Of a stretch of DNA of 64,000 bases, positions 37,534 to 47,510 are shown one piece after another. Below the pieces are notes generated by a model, which worked only from the letters and a program-made list of their open reading frames with translations, had not been told where the DNA came from and searched no databases. The position numbers were made by a program, and so were the translations under genes. The DNA is taken from the NCBI GenBank assembly GCA_044376115.1, contig JBILLK010000022.1:96001-160000 (forward strand), read 5' to 3'. Position 1 is the stretch's first letter; every line of letters starts with the position of its first letter. This DNA is from Polyangiaceae bacterium. GTDB lineage: Bacteria; Myxococcota_A; Polyangia; Polyangiales; Polyangiaceae.

Positions 37534-37932
37534 ATGTCCCTGGTTCCGTGTGCAGCCTGTCGACGTCACGTAAAGGCCGGCGGTTGTCCGTTTTGCGCCC
37601 GCAAACAGGCCTCCGCGGCGGCGGTCTTATTGCTTGGCGCGGCGCTCAGCGGCTGTCAGCCGGAAGCGGTACCGCCCGCCTCGGCCGACTCCACCAAAGC
37701 CACCAGCACAGCCTCTGCTGCTCAGACCCCCGCGGGCGCGACAGCAACGGCGACAGCCACCGTCGCAGCAACGGCGACAGCCACAGCCACCGTCGCGGCC
37801 AGCGCCTCGGCCTCGACGACCAGCGTCGCGAGCACGCCCGCCCCCACCGCAACGGCGGTCAAGCCTCCGCCTCCGGTCCAGCCCGACCGTCCGGTGATGG
37901 CCCGCTACGGCATCGCGCCCTCACGCAACTAG
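37534..37932 (+). CDS. Small Ala/Thr-rich lipoprotein-like protein with N-terminal CxxC..CPFC knuckle and C-terminal RYG motif (putative rSAM substrate)
   Basis: CAACRRH..GCPFC; LSGC lipobox; ends VMARYGIAPSRN; 3 bp upstream of the rSAM gene. Confidence 0.7.
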   Translation: MSLVPCAACRRHVKAGGCPFCARKQASAAAVLLLGAALSGCQPEAVPPASADSTKATSTASAAQTPAGATATATATVAATATATATVAASASASTTSVASTPAPTATAVKPPPPVQPDRPVMARYGIAPSRN

Positions 37933-37935
37933 CCG

Positions 37936-39255
37936 ATGCTCGGTCCGCGGCCTCGCAGCCTGCCCATCGCTCCCAAAGCGCCGCCCGCGCGGCGCAATCT
38001 TCCGCTGGCCGCTTCAGCGCGTGAGATCGATCGGCAGGCGCGTCCGATCTACACCGTTTGGGAGCTGACGCTGCGCTGTGATCTGGCCTGCAGGCATTGT
38101 GGTTCTCGGGCTGGGCGCGCTCGGCCCGACGAGCTTTCCACCGCAGAAGCGGTTGCGCTGGTCGCGCAGCTCGCGGCGCTGGGAACCAAGGAGGTCACGC
38201 TGATCGGCGGTGAGGCCTACTTGCACGACGGCTGGCTGGAGGTAGCCAAAGCCATCGCCGATCACGGTCTGCAGATGACGATGGTCACCGGCGGTCGCGG
38301 CATGGACGCCGAGAAGGCGCGCAGCCTCGCCGAGCTCGGCTGCAAAGGCGTGGGCGTCAGCGTCGATGGGCTGCAGCCTCGGCATGACCAACTGCGCGGC
38401 GTGGCAGGCGCCTTCGACTCGGCGATCAACGCCATTCGCGTGCTCAAAGAAGCCGGCCTGCGCGTGACCAGCAACACCCAGATCGCGAGGCCCGCCCTGC
38501 TCGATATCGAGCCGCTGCTCGCGCTCCTGGCCGATGAAGGCATCACTGCGTGGCAAGTGTCGATGACCGTGCCGATGGGTCGCGCCGCAGACGAGCCGGA
38601 GATCTTGTTGCAGCCCTATCAAGTGCTGGAGGTTTTACCGCTGGTCGCGCGCATCGAGCGGCGCCTGCGCGCCCGCGATATCGACGTCGCGCCGGGCAAC
38701 GACATTGGTTACTTCGGCCCGTACGAAGAGCAGCTGCGCGGGCACTTTCCGCAAGGGCATCGGCCAGCCTGTTCCGCCGGCAGTCTCACGCTCGGCATCG
38801 AAGCAGACGGCTCGGTCAAGGGCTGCCCTTCCCTGCCCTCGAAGGACTACGTCGGAGGCAACGTGCGCGACGCTGCCTTGGTGGACATTTGGGAGCGCGC
38901 CGAGGCGCTACGCTTCACGCGCGATCGCTCCTCACGCGAGCTGTGGGGCTTTTGCGGCAGCTGCTACTACGCCGATTCGTGTCTCGGTGGCTGCTCGTGG
39001 ACGGCGCATGTGCTGTTCGGCAAACGCGGTAACAACCCGTATTGTCATCACCGCGCGCTGGAGCTCTTGGCCGAGGGCAAACGCGAGATCATCCGGCAGG
39101 TAGAAAAGCCGGAAGGCCTGCCCTTCGACTACGGGCGCTTCGAGTGTGTGGTGGAAGATTGGCCGGCGGACGAGCTGGCGGCGGCGCGCGCCTTGGCCGA
39201 GAGCGGTGAGGGCTTTCTGCCTTCGACCTTGCGCGCGGCGGGCCGCGACAGCTGA
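37936..39255 (+). CDS. Radical SAM/SPASM peptide or protein maturase (PlpX/splicease-like)
   Basis: VWELTLRCDLACRHCGSRAG; LIGGE; SPASM CSAG..GIEADGSVKGCPSL, CGSCYY..CLGGC, GNNPYCHHR. Confidence 0.88.
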   Translation: MLGPRPRSLPIAPKAPPARRNLPLAASAREIDRQARPIYTVWELTLRCDLACRHCGSRAGRARPDELSTAEAVALVAQLAALGTKEVTLIGGEAYLHDGWLEVAKAIADHGLQMTMVTGGRGMDAEKARSLAELGCKGVGVSVDGLQPRHDQLRGVAGAFDSAINAIRVLKEAGLRVTSNTQIARPALLDIEPLLALLADEGITAWQVSMTVPMGRAADEPEILLQPYQVLEVLPLVARIERRLRARDIDVAPGNDIGYFGPYEEQLRGHFPQGHRPACSAGSLTLGIEADGSVKGCPSLPSKDYVGGNVRDAALVDIWERAEALRFTRDRSSRELWGFCGSCYYADSCLGGCSWTAHVLFGKRGNNPYCHHRALELLAEGKREIIRQVEKPEGLPFDYGRFECVVEDWPADELAAARALAESGEGFLPSTLRAAGRDS

Positions 39256-39264
39256 TTAGGCTGA

Positions 39265-41715
39265 TTAGGCTTTTATTTTTTTGTTCTCGGGGTCGTAAAG
39301 CGGTTTCATCGAGACGGTGGCTGCCACGCGCTTCTCAGCGACCTCCGCTTCCCACGTCCCGCCATTCAAATAGGCCGCGTCGATCGGCTCGCCGGCCTCG
39401 CACATGAAGAGGCCCACCGCGCCGCCCACGGTGTGCCCGTAGGAGGCCGCGCGCACATAGCCCACCGGCTTGCCGTTGCGCCGAATCACCTCGCCGTGAA
39501 AGAGCATCGGCTCGGGATCGCTCAGCAGGATCTGCAAGATGCGCCGCTTGAGCGGACCTTCGGCCTTCTTCGCCAGCACGGCCTCTTTGCCGATGAAGCC
39601 GCCTTCCTTCTTCAGATCGACGGCGAAGCCGAGCCCGGCCTCCAGCACCGAGTCGGTGTTGTCGATGTCGTGACCGTAATCGCGGTAGCCCTTCTCCATA
39701 CGCAGGCTGGCCAGCGCTTTGAGCCCTGCGTGTTGCAAGCCGAGCGGCGCGCCCGCTGCCACCAAGCGGTCATACACGTGGACCGCTTGTTCGGCCGGGA
39801 TGTAAAGCTCGTAGCCGAGCTCACCGAGGTAGGTGATGCGCACGCACAGCACGCGCGCGTAACCGAGATCGATCTCGCGCGCGGTGCGAAAGGGAAAGGC
39901 CTCATTGGAGACGTCGGCGCTGGTCACGGCCGCGAGCAGTTCGCGCGAGCGCGGGCCTTGCACGTTGATCTGCGCCCAGCCGCTCGTCACGTCCGCGACG
40001 AAGGCGTGCGCGTTCTCGAAGACGCGGCGCATGCGCGTGAGTACATGCCGATGCGCCGTATCCGAGGCGACCACCCAAAAGCGCTCCTCCCCGAGCTTGG
40101 TCACCGTGAGATCGGCCTCTAGCGTGCCGCCCTCGTTCAACCACTGGGTGTAGGTGATCATGCCTTCGGCGCCGTCCACGTTGTTGGCCGAGAGCTGGTT
40201 GAGCAACCGACCTGCGTCGCGCCCCTCGACCGCAAACTTCGCCATGAAGGACATATCCATCAGGATCACGCCCTCGCGTGCGGCCTTGTGTTCGGCCTGC
40301 CAATTGGGCCACCAATTTTGCCGGCCCCACGAGAGCTTCTCCACCGTGGGCGTGGTGCCGGGCCCTGCAAACCAATCGGCGCCTTCCCAGCCGCTGACGT
40401 CTTTGAAGTACGCCCCTTGAGCCGCCAGCCGATCATGAATCGGTGAGCGTTTGGCGCCGCGCGCCGTCATCATCGAGCGGGTCGGGTAGTGGCACTGATA
40501 GACCATGCCCAGCGACTCGACGGTGCGCGTCTTTCGATACTCGGGGTTCATCTGGTAGCTGTGCAGTCGGTCCAGGTTCATCCCGGTCACGTCCACATCG
40601 GGCCGGCCATTGACGATCCAGTGCGCCATCACGCGGCCTAGCCCGCCGCCGGTGAGAATGCCGATCGAGTTGAGCCCGGCCGCGACGAAGTAGTTCTTCA
40701 ATTCGGGCGCCTCACCGACGCAGGGCGCGAGATCCGGCGTGAAGCTCTCCGGCCCACAGAAGAACTTCTTCACGCCCACCTCGAGCGAGGCCGGTATGCG
40801 GCTCATTGCCTTCTCCACGTAAGGACCCATGCGCTCCCAATCGGGCGTGATCTCCCCGAAGGAGAAGTCCTCCGGCACGCCGCCGACCTTCCAAGGCGCG
40901 CACACCGGCTCGAACAACCCGACCATCAAACCGCCGACCTCTTCACGGAAGTAGCCGTACGAGCCTGGATCCTCGAGCACCGGCCACGAAGCGCTCATGC
41001 CCGGGATCTTCTCGGTGATCAGGTAGTAGTGCTCGGCCGATTGATTGGGGATGGTGAGGCCGGATTTGGCGCCCAGTTGGCGCGCCCACATGCCAGCGCA
41101 GTTGACGACCACTTCACAAGCGATGTCGCCTTGCGCTGTGCGCACGCCGGTAACAGCGCCGCGCTTGTGCAGCACGTCCACCACCGGCGTATTCTCGAAG
41201 ATGCGCGCACCGGCGTTCTTGGCCCCTTTGGCCAGCGCCATCGTCACGTCCACCGGGTTGGCTTTGCCGTCTTCCTTCACGTAGAAGCCCGCCAAGATGT
41301 CGTCCACGCGGGCCAACGGGAACAGCTCCTTGACCTCGCGCGGGGAGATCTCCTGCACGTTGACGCCGCAATAACGGTTGAAGGCAGAGACGCGCCGGTA
41401 CTCCTCGAGACGGTCCGGCTCGCAAGCGACCTCGATGAAGCCGACCGGATTGAAGCCCGTCGCGAGCCCGGTCTCCGCCTCCAAACGGGCGTAAAGGTCG
41501 CGCGTGTATTTGCGCATCTCGGTGGAGGTCTCGGAGAAGGAGCCGAAGGTCACCATCAGGCCCGCCGCATGCCACGTGGTCCCGGAGGTGATGCGGTCGC
41601 GCTCGAGCAGCACGACCTCCACTCCCATATGGGCCAAGTGATAAGCGACGGAACAACCGATCACACCGCCGCCGATCACGACGACGCGGGCGCTCGAGGG
41701 CAAGGCATTCGACAT
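39265..41715 (-). CDS. GcvT-family FAD-dependent oxidoreductase (dimethylglycine/sarcosine dehydrogenase-like)
   Basis: VIGGGVIG, SGTTWHAAG, GPESFTPD, RITYLGELGYELY, SLRMEKGYR. Confidence 0.93.
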   Translation of the reverse strand: MSNALPSSARVVVIGGGVIGCSVAYHLAHMGVEVVLLERDRITSGTTWHAAGLMVTFGSFSETSTEMRKYTRDLYARLEAETGLATGFNPVGFIEVACEPDRLEEYRRVSAFNRYCGVNVQEISPREVKELFPLARVDDILAGFYVKEDGKANPVDVTMALAKGAKNAGARIFENTPVVDVLHKRGAVTGVRTAQGDIACEVVVNCAGMWARQLGAKSGLTIPNQSAEHYYLITEKIPGMSASWPVLEDPGSYGYFREEVGGLMVGLFEPVCAPWKVGGVPEDFSFGEITPDWERMGPYVEKAMSRIPASLEVGVKKFFCGPESFTPDLAPCVGEAPELKNYFVAAGLNSIGILTGGGLGRVMAHWIVNGRPDVDVTGMNLDRLHSYQMNPEYRKTRTVESLGMVYQCHYPTRSMMTARGAKRSPIHDRLAAQGAYFKDVSGWEGADWFAGPGTTPTVEKLSWGRQNWWPNWQAEHKAAREGVILMDMSFMAKFAVEGRDAGRLLNQLSANNVDGAEGMITYTQWLNEGGTLEADLTVTKLGEERFWVVASDTAHRHVLTRMRRVFENAHAFVADVTSGWAQINVQGPRSRELLAAVTSADVSNEAFPFRTAREIDLGYARVLCVRITYLGELGYELYIPAEQAVHVYDRLVAAGAPLGLQHAGLKALASLRMEKGYRDYGHDIDNTDSVLEAGLGFAVDLKKEGGFIGKEAVLAKKAEGPLKRRILQILLSDPEPMLFHGEVIRRNGKPVGYVRAASYGHTVGGAVGLFMCEAGEPIDAAYLNGGTWEAEVAEKRVAATVSMKPLYDPENKKIKA

Positions 41716-41819
41716 AGGCCGCGCAGGATAGCCGCGACGCTCGGCTACGGAAGGGGGAGAGTGAGCGCGAGCGCTTGGGGAGCGCGAGCGCGCGTCAAAC
41801 GGTCAACGGAGCATGCTGG

Positions 41820-42230
41820 TCAACAGGGCGTGCAGGCCGAAACAGGTAGGCACTTGGACTCGCCGTCCTCGAAGCAACAACTGAGGCTGCCGCAATCCAA
41901 GCTGCAGTCGGAGCAATTGTTGAGCTTGCAGACGGAGCTCGCGGTGCAGCTCATCTCACAGCCGCCGCCGGGACAGCTGAGCTCGCAGGTCGCCGTCGTG
42001 CCGCAATCCAGCGAACAGTTGCCGCTCGCACAGACGCAGCTGATGACGAATCCAAGCGTGGATTCACACACGCAAGAGCCCGCCGGTTCACAGCCCACCA
42101 CGCTCCCGCCGGCACCGGCCTCACCTCCGCTGCCCGCGCTGCCGCTACCTCCAACCGACGAATCGCGCTCCCAATCCAGGATGCAACCACCTGCAGAGAG
42201 CGGGATCGAGAGGAGCACAAGCCAACGCAT
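41820..42230 (-). CDS. Small Cys-rich lipoprotein
   Basis: AGGC lipobox, Gly linker, regularly spaced Cys. Confidence 0.7.
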   Translation of the reverse strand: MRWLVLLSIPLSAGGCILDWERDSSVGGSGSAGSGGEAGAGGSVVGCEPAGSCVCESTLGFVISCVCASGNCSLDCGTTATCELSCPGGGCEMSCTASSVCKLNNCSDCSLDCGSLSCCFEDGESKCLPVSACTPC

Positions 42231-42254
42231 CGCGCGCCGACTGTAACAAGCTTC

Positions 42255-43727
42255 TCAATGCTTCGGGCCGCCAAACGGATTGGGCGCAATGGTGCTGTTG
42301 GGGTCGATCGTCGGAGCCGTTTTGCTTGATGCCGCGGGCAGCCGGCCCGAAGGCGGTGGTGGCAGCACACGCGGAGCGCTGCTACTCGAGCTCGCGCTCG
42401 GCGTGCCGGGGCTCACTTGCACCGACGTCGGCGCGGCGACGTTTGCGGCAGACGAAGTCGCGCTGATTGGACTACTCGCGCTGCTCGTCGTGGTGGACGC
42501 CGTGACAACGCTCGCTGGCCTGCGGCTAAACACCACCGCCACCGCCGCGCCGGCGCCGATCACCAAGGCCAGCGCGAACGGCCATAACCGGAGGGCGCGC
42601 CGCTTGGGAGCTCGCGTTGCAAGCGCGGCATACGAAGAGTGCTCGTCCAGATCGAGCGTGGGAGCAACGGTACGTACCGGCGAGGCATCCACCGACTGGG
42701 CGGCAACCAGCGCCAGCGCGCCGCTATCGGGCTCGCCCGGAAGCCGAGAAGACTCATCGAGCGTCCGGAGCAGTGGGTCTTCCGGACGCACCTTGAGCTC
42801 AACTTCTTTGCGCCGTTCAGCGAGCATCGTGCCGAAGGCCTGTTCAACGTGGGCTGCAACGCGGTCCGGTCCAACCAACAGGTTGTGCTTCTGCGCAACG
42901 TTGGTCAGCGCGTTGGAAAAGGCCTGCACCGTCGCAAAGCGATCGTCGGGCTCGATCGCCAGCGCCATTTGAAAAAGGTCCTCGAGATCGGCCGGCAACT
43001 CGGGGACGAGCTCACGTAACTGCGGCCTTTTCCCCGAGACGATCGAGCGCATGATTTCGATCGGGTTCTCGCCTTCGAACAGCGCCTTGCCGGTCAGCGC
43101 GCCCCACAACGTAACGCCGATCGAAAACACATCGCCGCGCCGATCGAGCGTACCGGCGTTGATGTACTCCGGCGCCATGTAACGCAGCTTGCCCTTTAAT
43201 ACGCCGATGCTCGTGGCCTTGTCCGGCTTGGCAAACTTGGCGATGCCGAAGTCGGTCAGCCGCGCCACGCCGTCGAGCCCGACCAGGATGTTGTGGGGAG
43301 AGACATCGCGGTGGACGAGCCCAAGCAGCTTACCGCTTTCATCCTTTAGTTCGTGCGCTGCGTGCAGACCGTTGCAAGCATCGAGCACAACGCGGATGGC
43401 GATCTCCGGCGATAGCAGCTGCGGCTTCACCCCCTCCTGCAGCTCCTGCAGACTCGCGCCCTCGACGTAGTCGAGCACCAGCAACAGCTCGTCGTCGTAG
43501 CGATCGACATCGAGCACGCTGACCACGTTGGGATGACGGATGCGCGAGGCCAACATCGCCTCGTCCAACGTCATCTGCACGAACTTCGGATCGCCGGTGA
43601 GGTGCGGATGCGAGCGCTTGATCGCCACCAAACGCCAGAAGCCAAGCTGGCCCTTTTGCCGACCGAGGTAGACCGTGGCCATACCGCCAGCGGCAATCCT
43701 CAACAAAAGCTCGTAGCGAGACTCCAT
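42255..43727 (-). CDS. Membrane-anchored Ser/Thr protein kinase
   Basis: IAAGGMATV, VAIK, HRDVSPHN, DFG, YMAPE; TM LWPFALALVIGAGAAVAVVF. Confidence 0.93.
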   Translation of the reverse strand: MESRYELLLRIAAGGMATVYLGRQKGQLGFWRLVAIKRSHPHLTGDPKFVQMTLDEAMLASRIRHPNVVSVLDVDRYDDELLLVLDYVEGASLQELQEGVKPQLLSPEIAIRVVLDACNGLHAAHELKDESGKLLGLVHRDVSPHNILVGLDGVARLTDFGIAKFAKPDKATSIGVLKGKLRYMAPEYINAGTLDRRGDVFSIGVTLWGALTGKALFEGENPIEIMRSIVSGKRPQLRELVPELPADLEDLFQMALAIEPDDRFATVQAFSNALTNVAQKHNLLVGPDRVAAHVEQAFGTMLAERRKEVELKVRPEDPLLRTLDESSRLPGEPDSGALALVAAQSVDASPVRTVAPTLDLDEHSSYAALATRAPKRRALRLWPFALALVIGAGAAVAVVFSRRPASVVTASTTTSSASSPISATSSAANVAAPTSVQVSPGTPSASSSSSAPRVLPPPPSGRLPAASSKTAPTIDPNSTIAPNPFGGPKH

Positions 43728-43729
43728 CG

Positions 43730-44659
43730 TCAGGGCAGATCGACGCTGAGCGAGGCGGAGAGCGGACCCACACTCGCCTGCGCCGAGGAACCACCGAAGT
43801 TGGTGAAAGGAAGTGCCAACGCCGCCCCAGCTCCGAAGATCGCGGTTGTGACGATAAAGACGTTGGTCACCGTTTGAGCGGTCTGCCCTGGTTCGAGCGC
43901 GCTGTCGTCGCCAGCGAGGTACTCCGAGTTCCGATTGAGCGCCTGCACGCCAAACACCGACAGCACGACGGCGTTGGCCGCAGCAAGCCCGAACAGCGTG
44001 CCGAACAAGGCAGGGTCCACACCGCCGCTATCCTCGTCCTCCTCGTCCTCCTCGATGCGAACCGGCTTCCGCCGCGGCTTCACGGGAGGCGTGGGCAAAA
44101 CAGCGGGTGGCTTCGGCCCAGCGACTTGCGGAGCGGCGGGCAGCGGAGGCACCACGAAGTCGGTGGGCTCGCTGGCCGTCACCGCGACCTCAAAGCTGCG
44201 CGCTCCAACCGTCAGCGTATGCGTCCCGGTCTTCACCCATACGCGTTTGCCGGGCGTGAGCGCGCGTTGCCCGAGCTGCGGCGCACAACCGTCGCACACC
44301 ACCGACAGCCGCCCAACACGGGTTTGGAACGTCTGTTTCGCCCGCTGCACCTGTTGCTCGAGCTCCGGCGCGTTAGGCCGCTGCGCCGCGCGGTCCGCGA
44401 GCTCCATCGAAAGCACCGGATCGTCGGCCAAGATCGCCGCCTTCAAAGCGGAGGTCAGGGCGATCGGGTGGGGCGACTCGGCGTCGGCCTCGGCAAACGC
44501 GCTGGCCGCCTCGGCATAACGCTTCTCTGCAAAGGCCTTGTCACCGCGCGCGTACGCTTCGTTGGCCTTGACCTCGTCCGCAGCCGCTAGCCCCGCAGGC
44601 GCGCAACAGAGCGCGAGCAGCAAAGCAAAAACCAACCGCAAGCGAGGTCGCACCACCAC
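43730..44659 (-). CDS. TPR + PEGA-like membrane protein
   Basis: Signal peptide; AYARGDKAFAEKRYAEAASAF TPR; VGRLSVVC..GTHTLTV; two C-terminal hydrophobic helices; start uncertain. Confidence 0.7.
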   Translation of the reverse strand: MVVRPRLRLVFALLLALCCAPAGLAAADEVKANEAYARGDKAFAEKRYAEAASAFAEADAESPHPIALTSALKAAILADDPVLSMELADRAAQRPNAPELEQQVQRAKQTFQTRVGRLSVVCDGCAPQLGQRALTPGKRVWVKTGTHTLTVGARSFEVAVTASEPTDFVVPPLPAAPQVAGPKPPAVLPTPPVKPRRKPVRIEEDEEDEDSGGVDPALFGTLFGLAAANAVVLSVFGVQALNRNSEYLAGDDSALEPGQTAQTVTNVFIVTTAIFGAGAALALPFTNFGGSSAQASVGPLSASLSVDLP

Positions 44660-44663
44660 AGGC

Positions 44664-45761
44664 TCACTCGGCGGCAGGAGCCGGAATCCCCGGCGGCTCT
44701 TCACCGGGTAGGATCTGGCGCCCCAGCATCGTGCCCTCGGCCACGCCGCCAGGAGTCACCCCGAGAAAGACCTCCACCGCGCTAGCCACGCCGGTTCCCA
44801 CGAACACGCCATCCTGCTCGACGAAGGACGCAGACAGTTTGATGCCTTTGACGAACACGTCGGGCTGTTGCACGTCGATGTCGGCGGGGGCATTGAGGAA
44901 GACCGAGCCGGCCTCGGTGTCTGCGATGCAGCCAGTGACGCGGAAGGAGTAGCCGGTCGGTGGTGTGGCGTTGGGCACGAAATCAGGGAACTCGTCGTCC
45001 GACCCCACCTTGGCCGAAGGGATTACACAGCCCTGCGTTGGGATGGTTTGGCAAACATCCGCTTCACCGCAGGCAGGCGAGCAACGGGTGTCATCCGGGT
45101 TGCGATCCGCGTTGGTGAATTGCCCTACGAAGCGCCCTGTCTCTGGGTCCACCTCGATCTGAGCGAACAATTGAATCTGCACACCGATCGGCTTCACGAT
45201 ATCAGCGACAAAGAAGTAGGCCCCAGAAGGAAAGACGGTGGAAGAGCCTTGGCCCGATTCACACGCGAGCACGACGGTGTAGGCGAACACCAGACGCTGA
45301 CGAACTTCCCAAGAATTTCCAGCCTCATCCGAGAGACCAGGCTCAATCAGCACCGCCAAGCTCGGCCCCACCGGCAAGCTCGAATTGATGTTGATCGTGA
45401 AACTCTTGCCGTCCTCGCTCAGCGTTCCGAACCCACCCTCATAGACATCTTCGGTGGGGTCATGTCGGAAGTACTCAACCAACCCGGTGGCGTCATCGCT
45501 GTCTTCGTCCCCAAGGTTTCCCTCGGAATCAAGGTCGAGCCGGACCACGCGGATCGAAAGCGAATCTTTGGAGATCGGCTCGCTGAACCGAAGCACGATC
45601 GGCGCGGTTGTGTCGGTGAGCGCGCGGTCCACCAGGCCAACGATCTCGGTGCGAGGTGGCGAATCGTACTCGCACGCCGACGAGAAGCCTACGAGGGCAA
45701 GCCCAGCCGAGGCCGCCAAACCCGTCAACCCACGCATAACTCGAAGAGCTCGGTTGTTCAT
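44664..45761 (-). CDS. Lipoprotein with Ig-like (Big_5/SbsA-like) domain
   Basis: SSAC lipobox; PIVLRFSEPI and IEPGLSDEAGN. Confidence 0.65.
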   Translation of the reverse strand: MNNRALRVMRGLTGLAASAGLALVGFSSACEYDSPPRTEIVGLVDRALTDTTAPIVLRFSEPISKDSLSIRVVRLDLDSEGNLGDEDSDDATGLVEYFRHDPTEDVYEGGFGTLSEDGKSFTININSSLPVGPSLAVLIEPGLSDEAGNSWEVRQRLVFAYTVVLACESGQGSSTVFPSGAYFFVADIVKPIGVQIQLFAQIEVDPETGRFVGQFTNADRNPDDTRCSPACGEADVCQTIPTQGCVIPSAKVGSDDEFPDFVPNATPPTGYSFRVTGCIADTEAGSVFLNAPADIDVQQPDVFVKGIKLSASFVEQDGVFVGTGVASAVEVFLGVTPGGVAEGTMLGRQILPGEEPPGIPAPAAE

Positions 45762-45769
45762 CGGTTGCC

Positions 45770-47464
45770 TCAAAAGAAGAAAGTGGTGCGTCCGGTGAGC
45801 AAGACGCTCTTCGCTGCGTCACCGTTGATATCCTCGAGCGCGTCCCCTGGGAACATCACGGCGCCCTCCAAGTCGGCCGCAAAATGTTCAAGGAAACGCC
45901 ACTGCGCCCGCAGATCGATCTCGGCGCCGTAGAACTGGCCGGGCTTTCCGCCGGCAAAGTTCACGAGGTCGTCTTGGATCTCAGCCCCGTCACGACCGAG
46001 CAGCGACTGCACCGGATCGATCACCGGCTCGGGGGCCCACGCGAGCAGCGCGCCCACGCGAAAGAGCACATCCCCATGCGGCCTAAAATCAAACTGCGGG
46101 AAGATGGCGAAGGCGTTGGTGAAGCTACCGCGGGTGTCGATCGCGTCCACCGGGAAGGAAGGGGCGCTGAGCTGAGCCAACGTCTCCTTGGCGGCAGCCG
46201 CAGCACGAGCGGTCTGGAATTGCAGGATGTGCTCGAACATCAACAGGCCCACGTTCACGTCGGGAGCCCAGGTGAACTGCGATAGCGAGGTCCGCGAGAG
46301 CGGGTCTCCATCGCCGGAGGCGTAATCGATCTCGAGGTACGCAGAGATACCGGGCTCACGCTCGTCCCCGGCGCGCACCAGCGGGTAGTCGTAACGAAAC
46401 ACCGCTCGCCCACCGAATTGCAAGATCTCCTGCGCTACGATCGGATCGTTGGTGATGGTCTTGAACGCAGCCGCGACCTCCTCGGTGGAGCCAACCAACC
46501 CGGCGGCTTCGAGCCCGATATAAACCGGCCCGAAGCGACTCACCGCGCGACCGCCAAAGATGTTGACGGTGGTGGAGTACTCACTGCTGAAGCGGTGCAC
46601 AAAGTAGCCCTGGAGCTCGAGGTCGGTTCCGAGCGGGTACTCCTTGGCCTTGAAAAAGACGCTGCCACCGGCCTGCATCTCGTCATCGGTGAAGAGCTTG
46701 AGATCGTCGCTCACGAGGTGGTCGTAGATGCCGGCGACGAAGAAACCTTGTTCCTCCGAGGTATCGCGATCGGCTTTGTCTTTGAGGGCCTCCAGCGGTT
46801 TGGTGGCAAAGGCGATGCGGTCGACGAAGTTACCCTCGCGCGCGATACCAAAGCGATTGAAGCGACCGTCACCAGGCGTGCCTTGGATGGTGTTGGCCAG
46901 GTTGAAGGGTTGCCGGCCGACGCGGATCAAACCGACGGGCGTGACCACGTCACCGTGCAGCCGGCGCACCTTGAACACGTCCCCCTCGCACAACGCAAAG
47001 CCATAGTCGGCCGGGCTGAGCGGATCTCCGGTGGCGCCACCCTTGTAGCCGATGCAGGGCCGCGCAGTGTTGGGGTTGCGCGCATTGACGGTGGTGCCTG
47101 CGACCGACTTCGGCTCTTCCAGCACGCCGCCGTTGTCACCCCAAAGTACGCCGTCGAGGATGTCCACGCTGGTGACGATGCGAATCTTCTTGTCGTAGTC
47201 GACACCGCCGTCGAGACGCAGACGATGATCGATGTAGCTCAGCCTTCGCTCGTTGATGGTGTTGAGGGCGATCGGGTTGATGTAGGTCATTTGGGCGCGA
47301 TACTCCGCGCCTACCTGAAAACCGAAGTCCCCAGCTTCGTAACGTTCTCGCGCCCCCGGCGGGTCTGGGTCGGACCAGGGCTCCTCCGCGAGCACGACGT
47401 TCGGTAGGAGGGACACGGCAAGCGCAAGAGCGAGCCCGCGAGGCAACACCGAGAAGGAATGCAC
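45770..47464 (-). CDS. Outer-membrane beta-barrel protein (alginate-export-like)
   Basis: Signal peptide; GLIRVGRQ, LEIDYASGD, GAEIDL; C-terminal aromatic TFFF; start uncertain. Confidence 0.7.
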   Translation of the reverse strand: MHSFSVLPRGLALALAVSLLPNVVLAEEPWSDPDPPGARERYEAGDFGFQVGAEYRAQMTYINPIALNTINERRLSYIDHRLRLDGGVDYDKKIRIVTSVDILDGVLWGDNGGVLEEPKSVAGTTVNARNPNTARPCIGYKGGATGDPLSPADYGFALCEGDVFKVRRLHGDVVTPVGLIRVGRQPFNLANTIQGTPGDGRFNRFGIAREGNFVDRIAFATKPLEALKDKADRDTSEEQGFFVAGIYDHLVSDDLKLFTDDEMQAGGSVFFKAKEYPLGTDLELQGYFVHRFSSEYSTTVNIFGGRAVSRFGPVYIGLEAAGLVGSTEEVAAAFKTITNDPIVAQEILQFGGRAVFRYDYPLVRAGDEREPGISAYLEIDYASGDGDPLSRTSLSQFTWAPDVNVGLLMFEHILQFQTARAAAAAKETLAQLSAPSFPVDAIDTRGSFTNAFAIFPQFDFRPHGDVLFRVGALLAWAPEPVIDPVQSLLGRDGAEIQDDLVNFAGGKPGQFYGAEIDLRAQWRFLEHFAADLEGAVMFPGDALEDINGDAAKSVLLTGRTTFFF

Positions 47465-47510
47465 GACGCGGAGACTAACCGAAGCCGAACGGGCCGCGGC
47501 AACGTATTGA

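Noticed and set aside
37736..37800. Short direct repeats in the Ala/Thr stalk, likewise GGSNE and EGD repeats elsewhere
   Set aside because: Low-complexity coding linkers typical of these lipoproteins
39252..39269. 9-bp tandem duplication CTGATTAGG between convergent stops
   Set aside because: Could be an excision footprint, but it is too short and no transposase supports it
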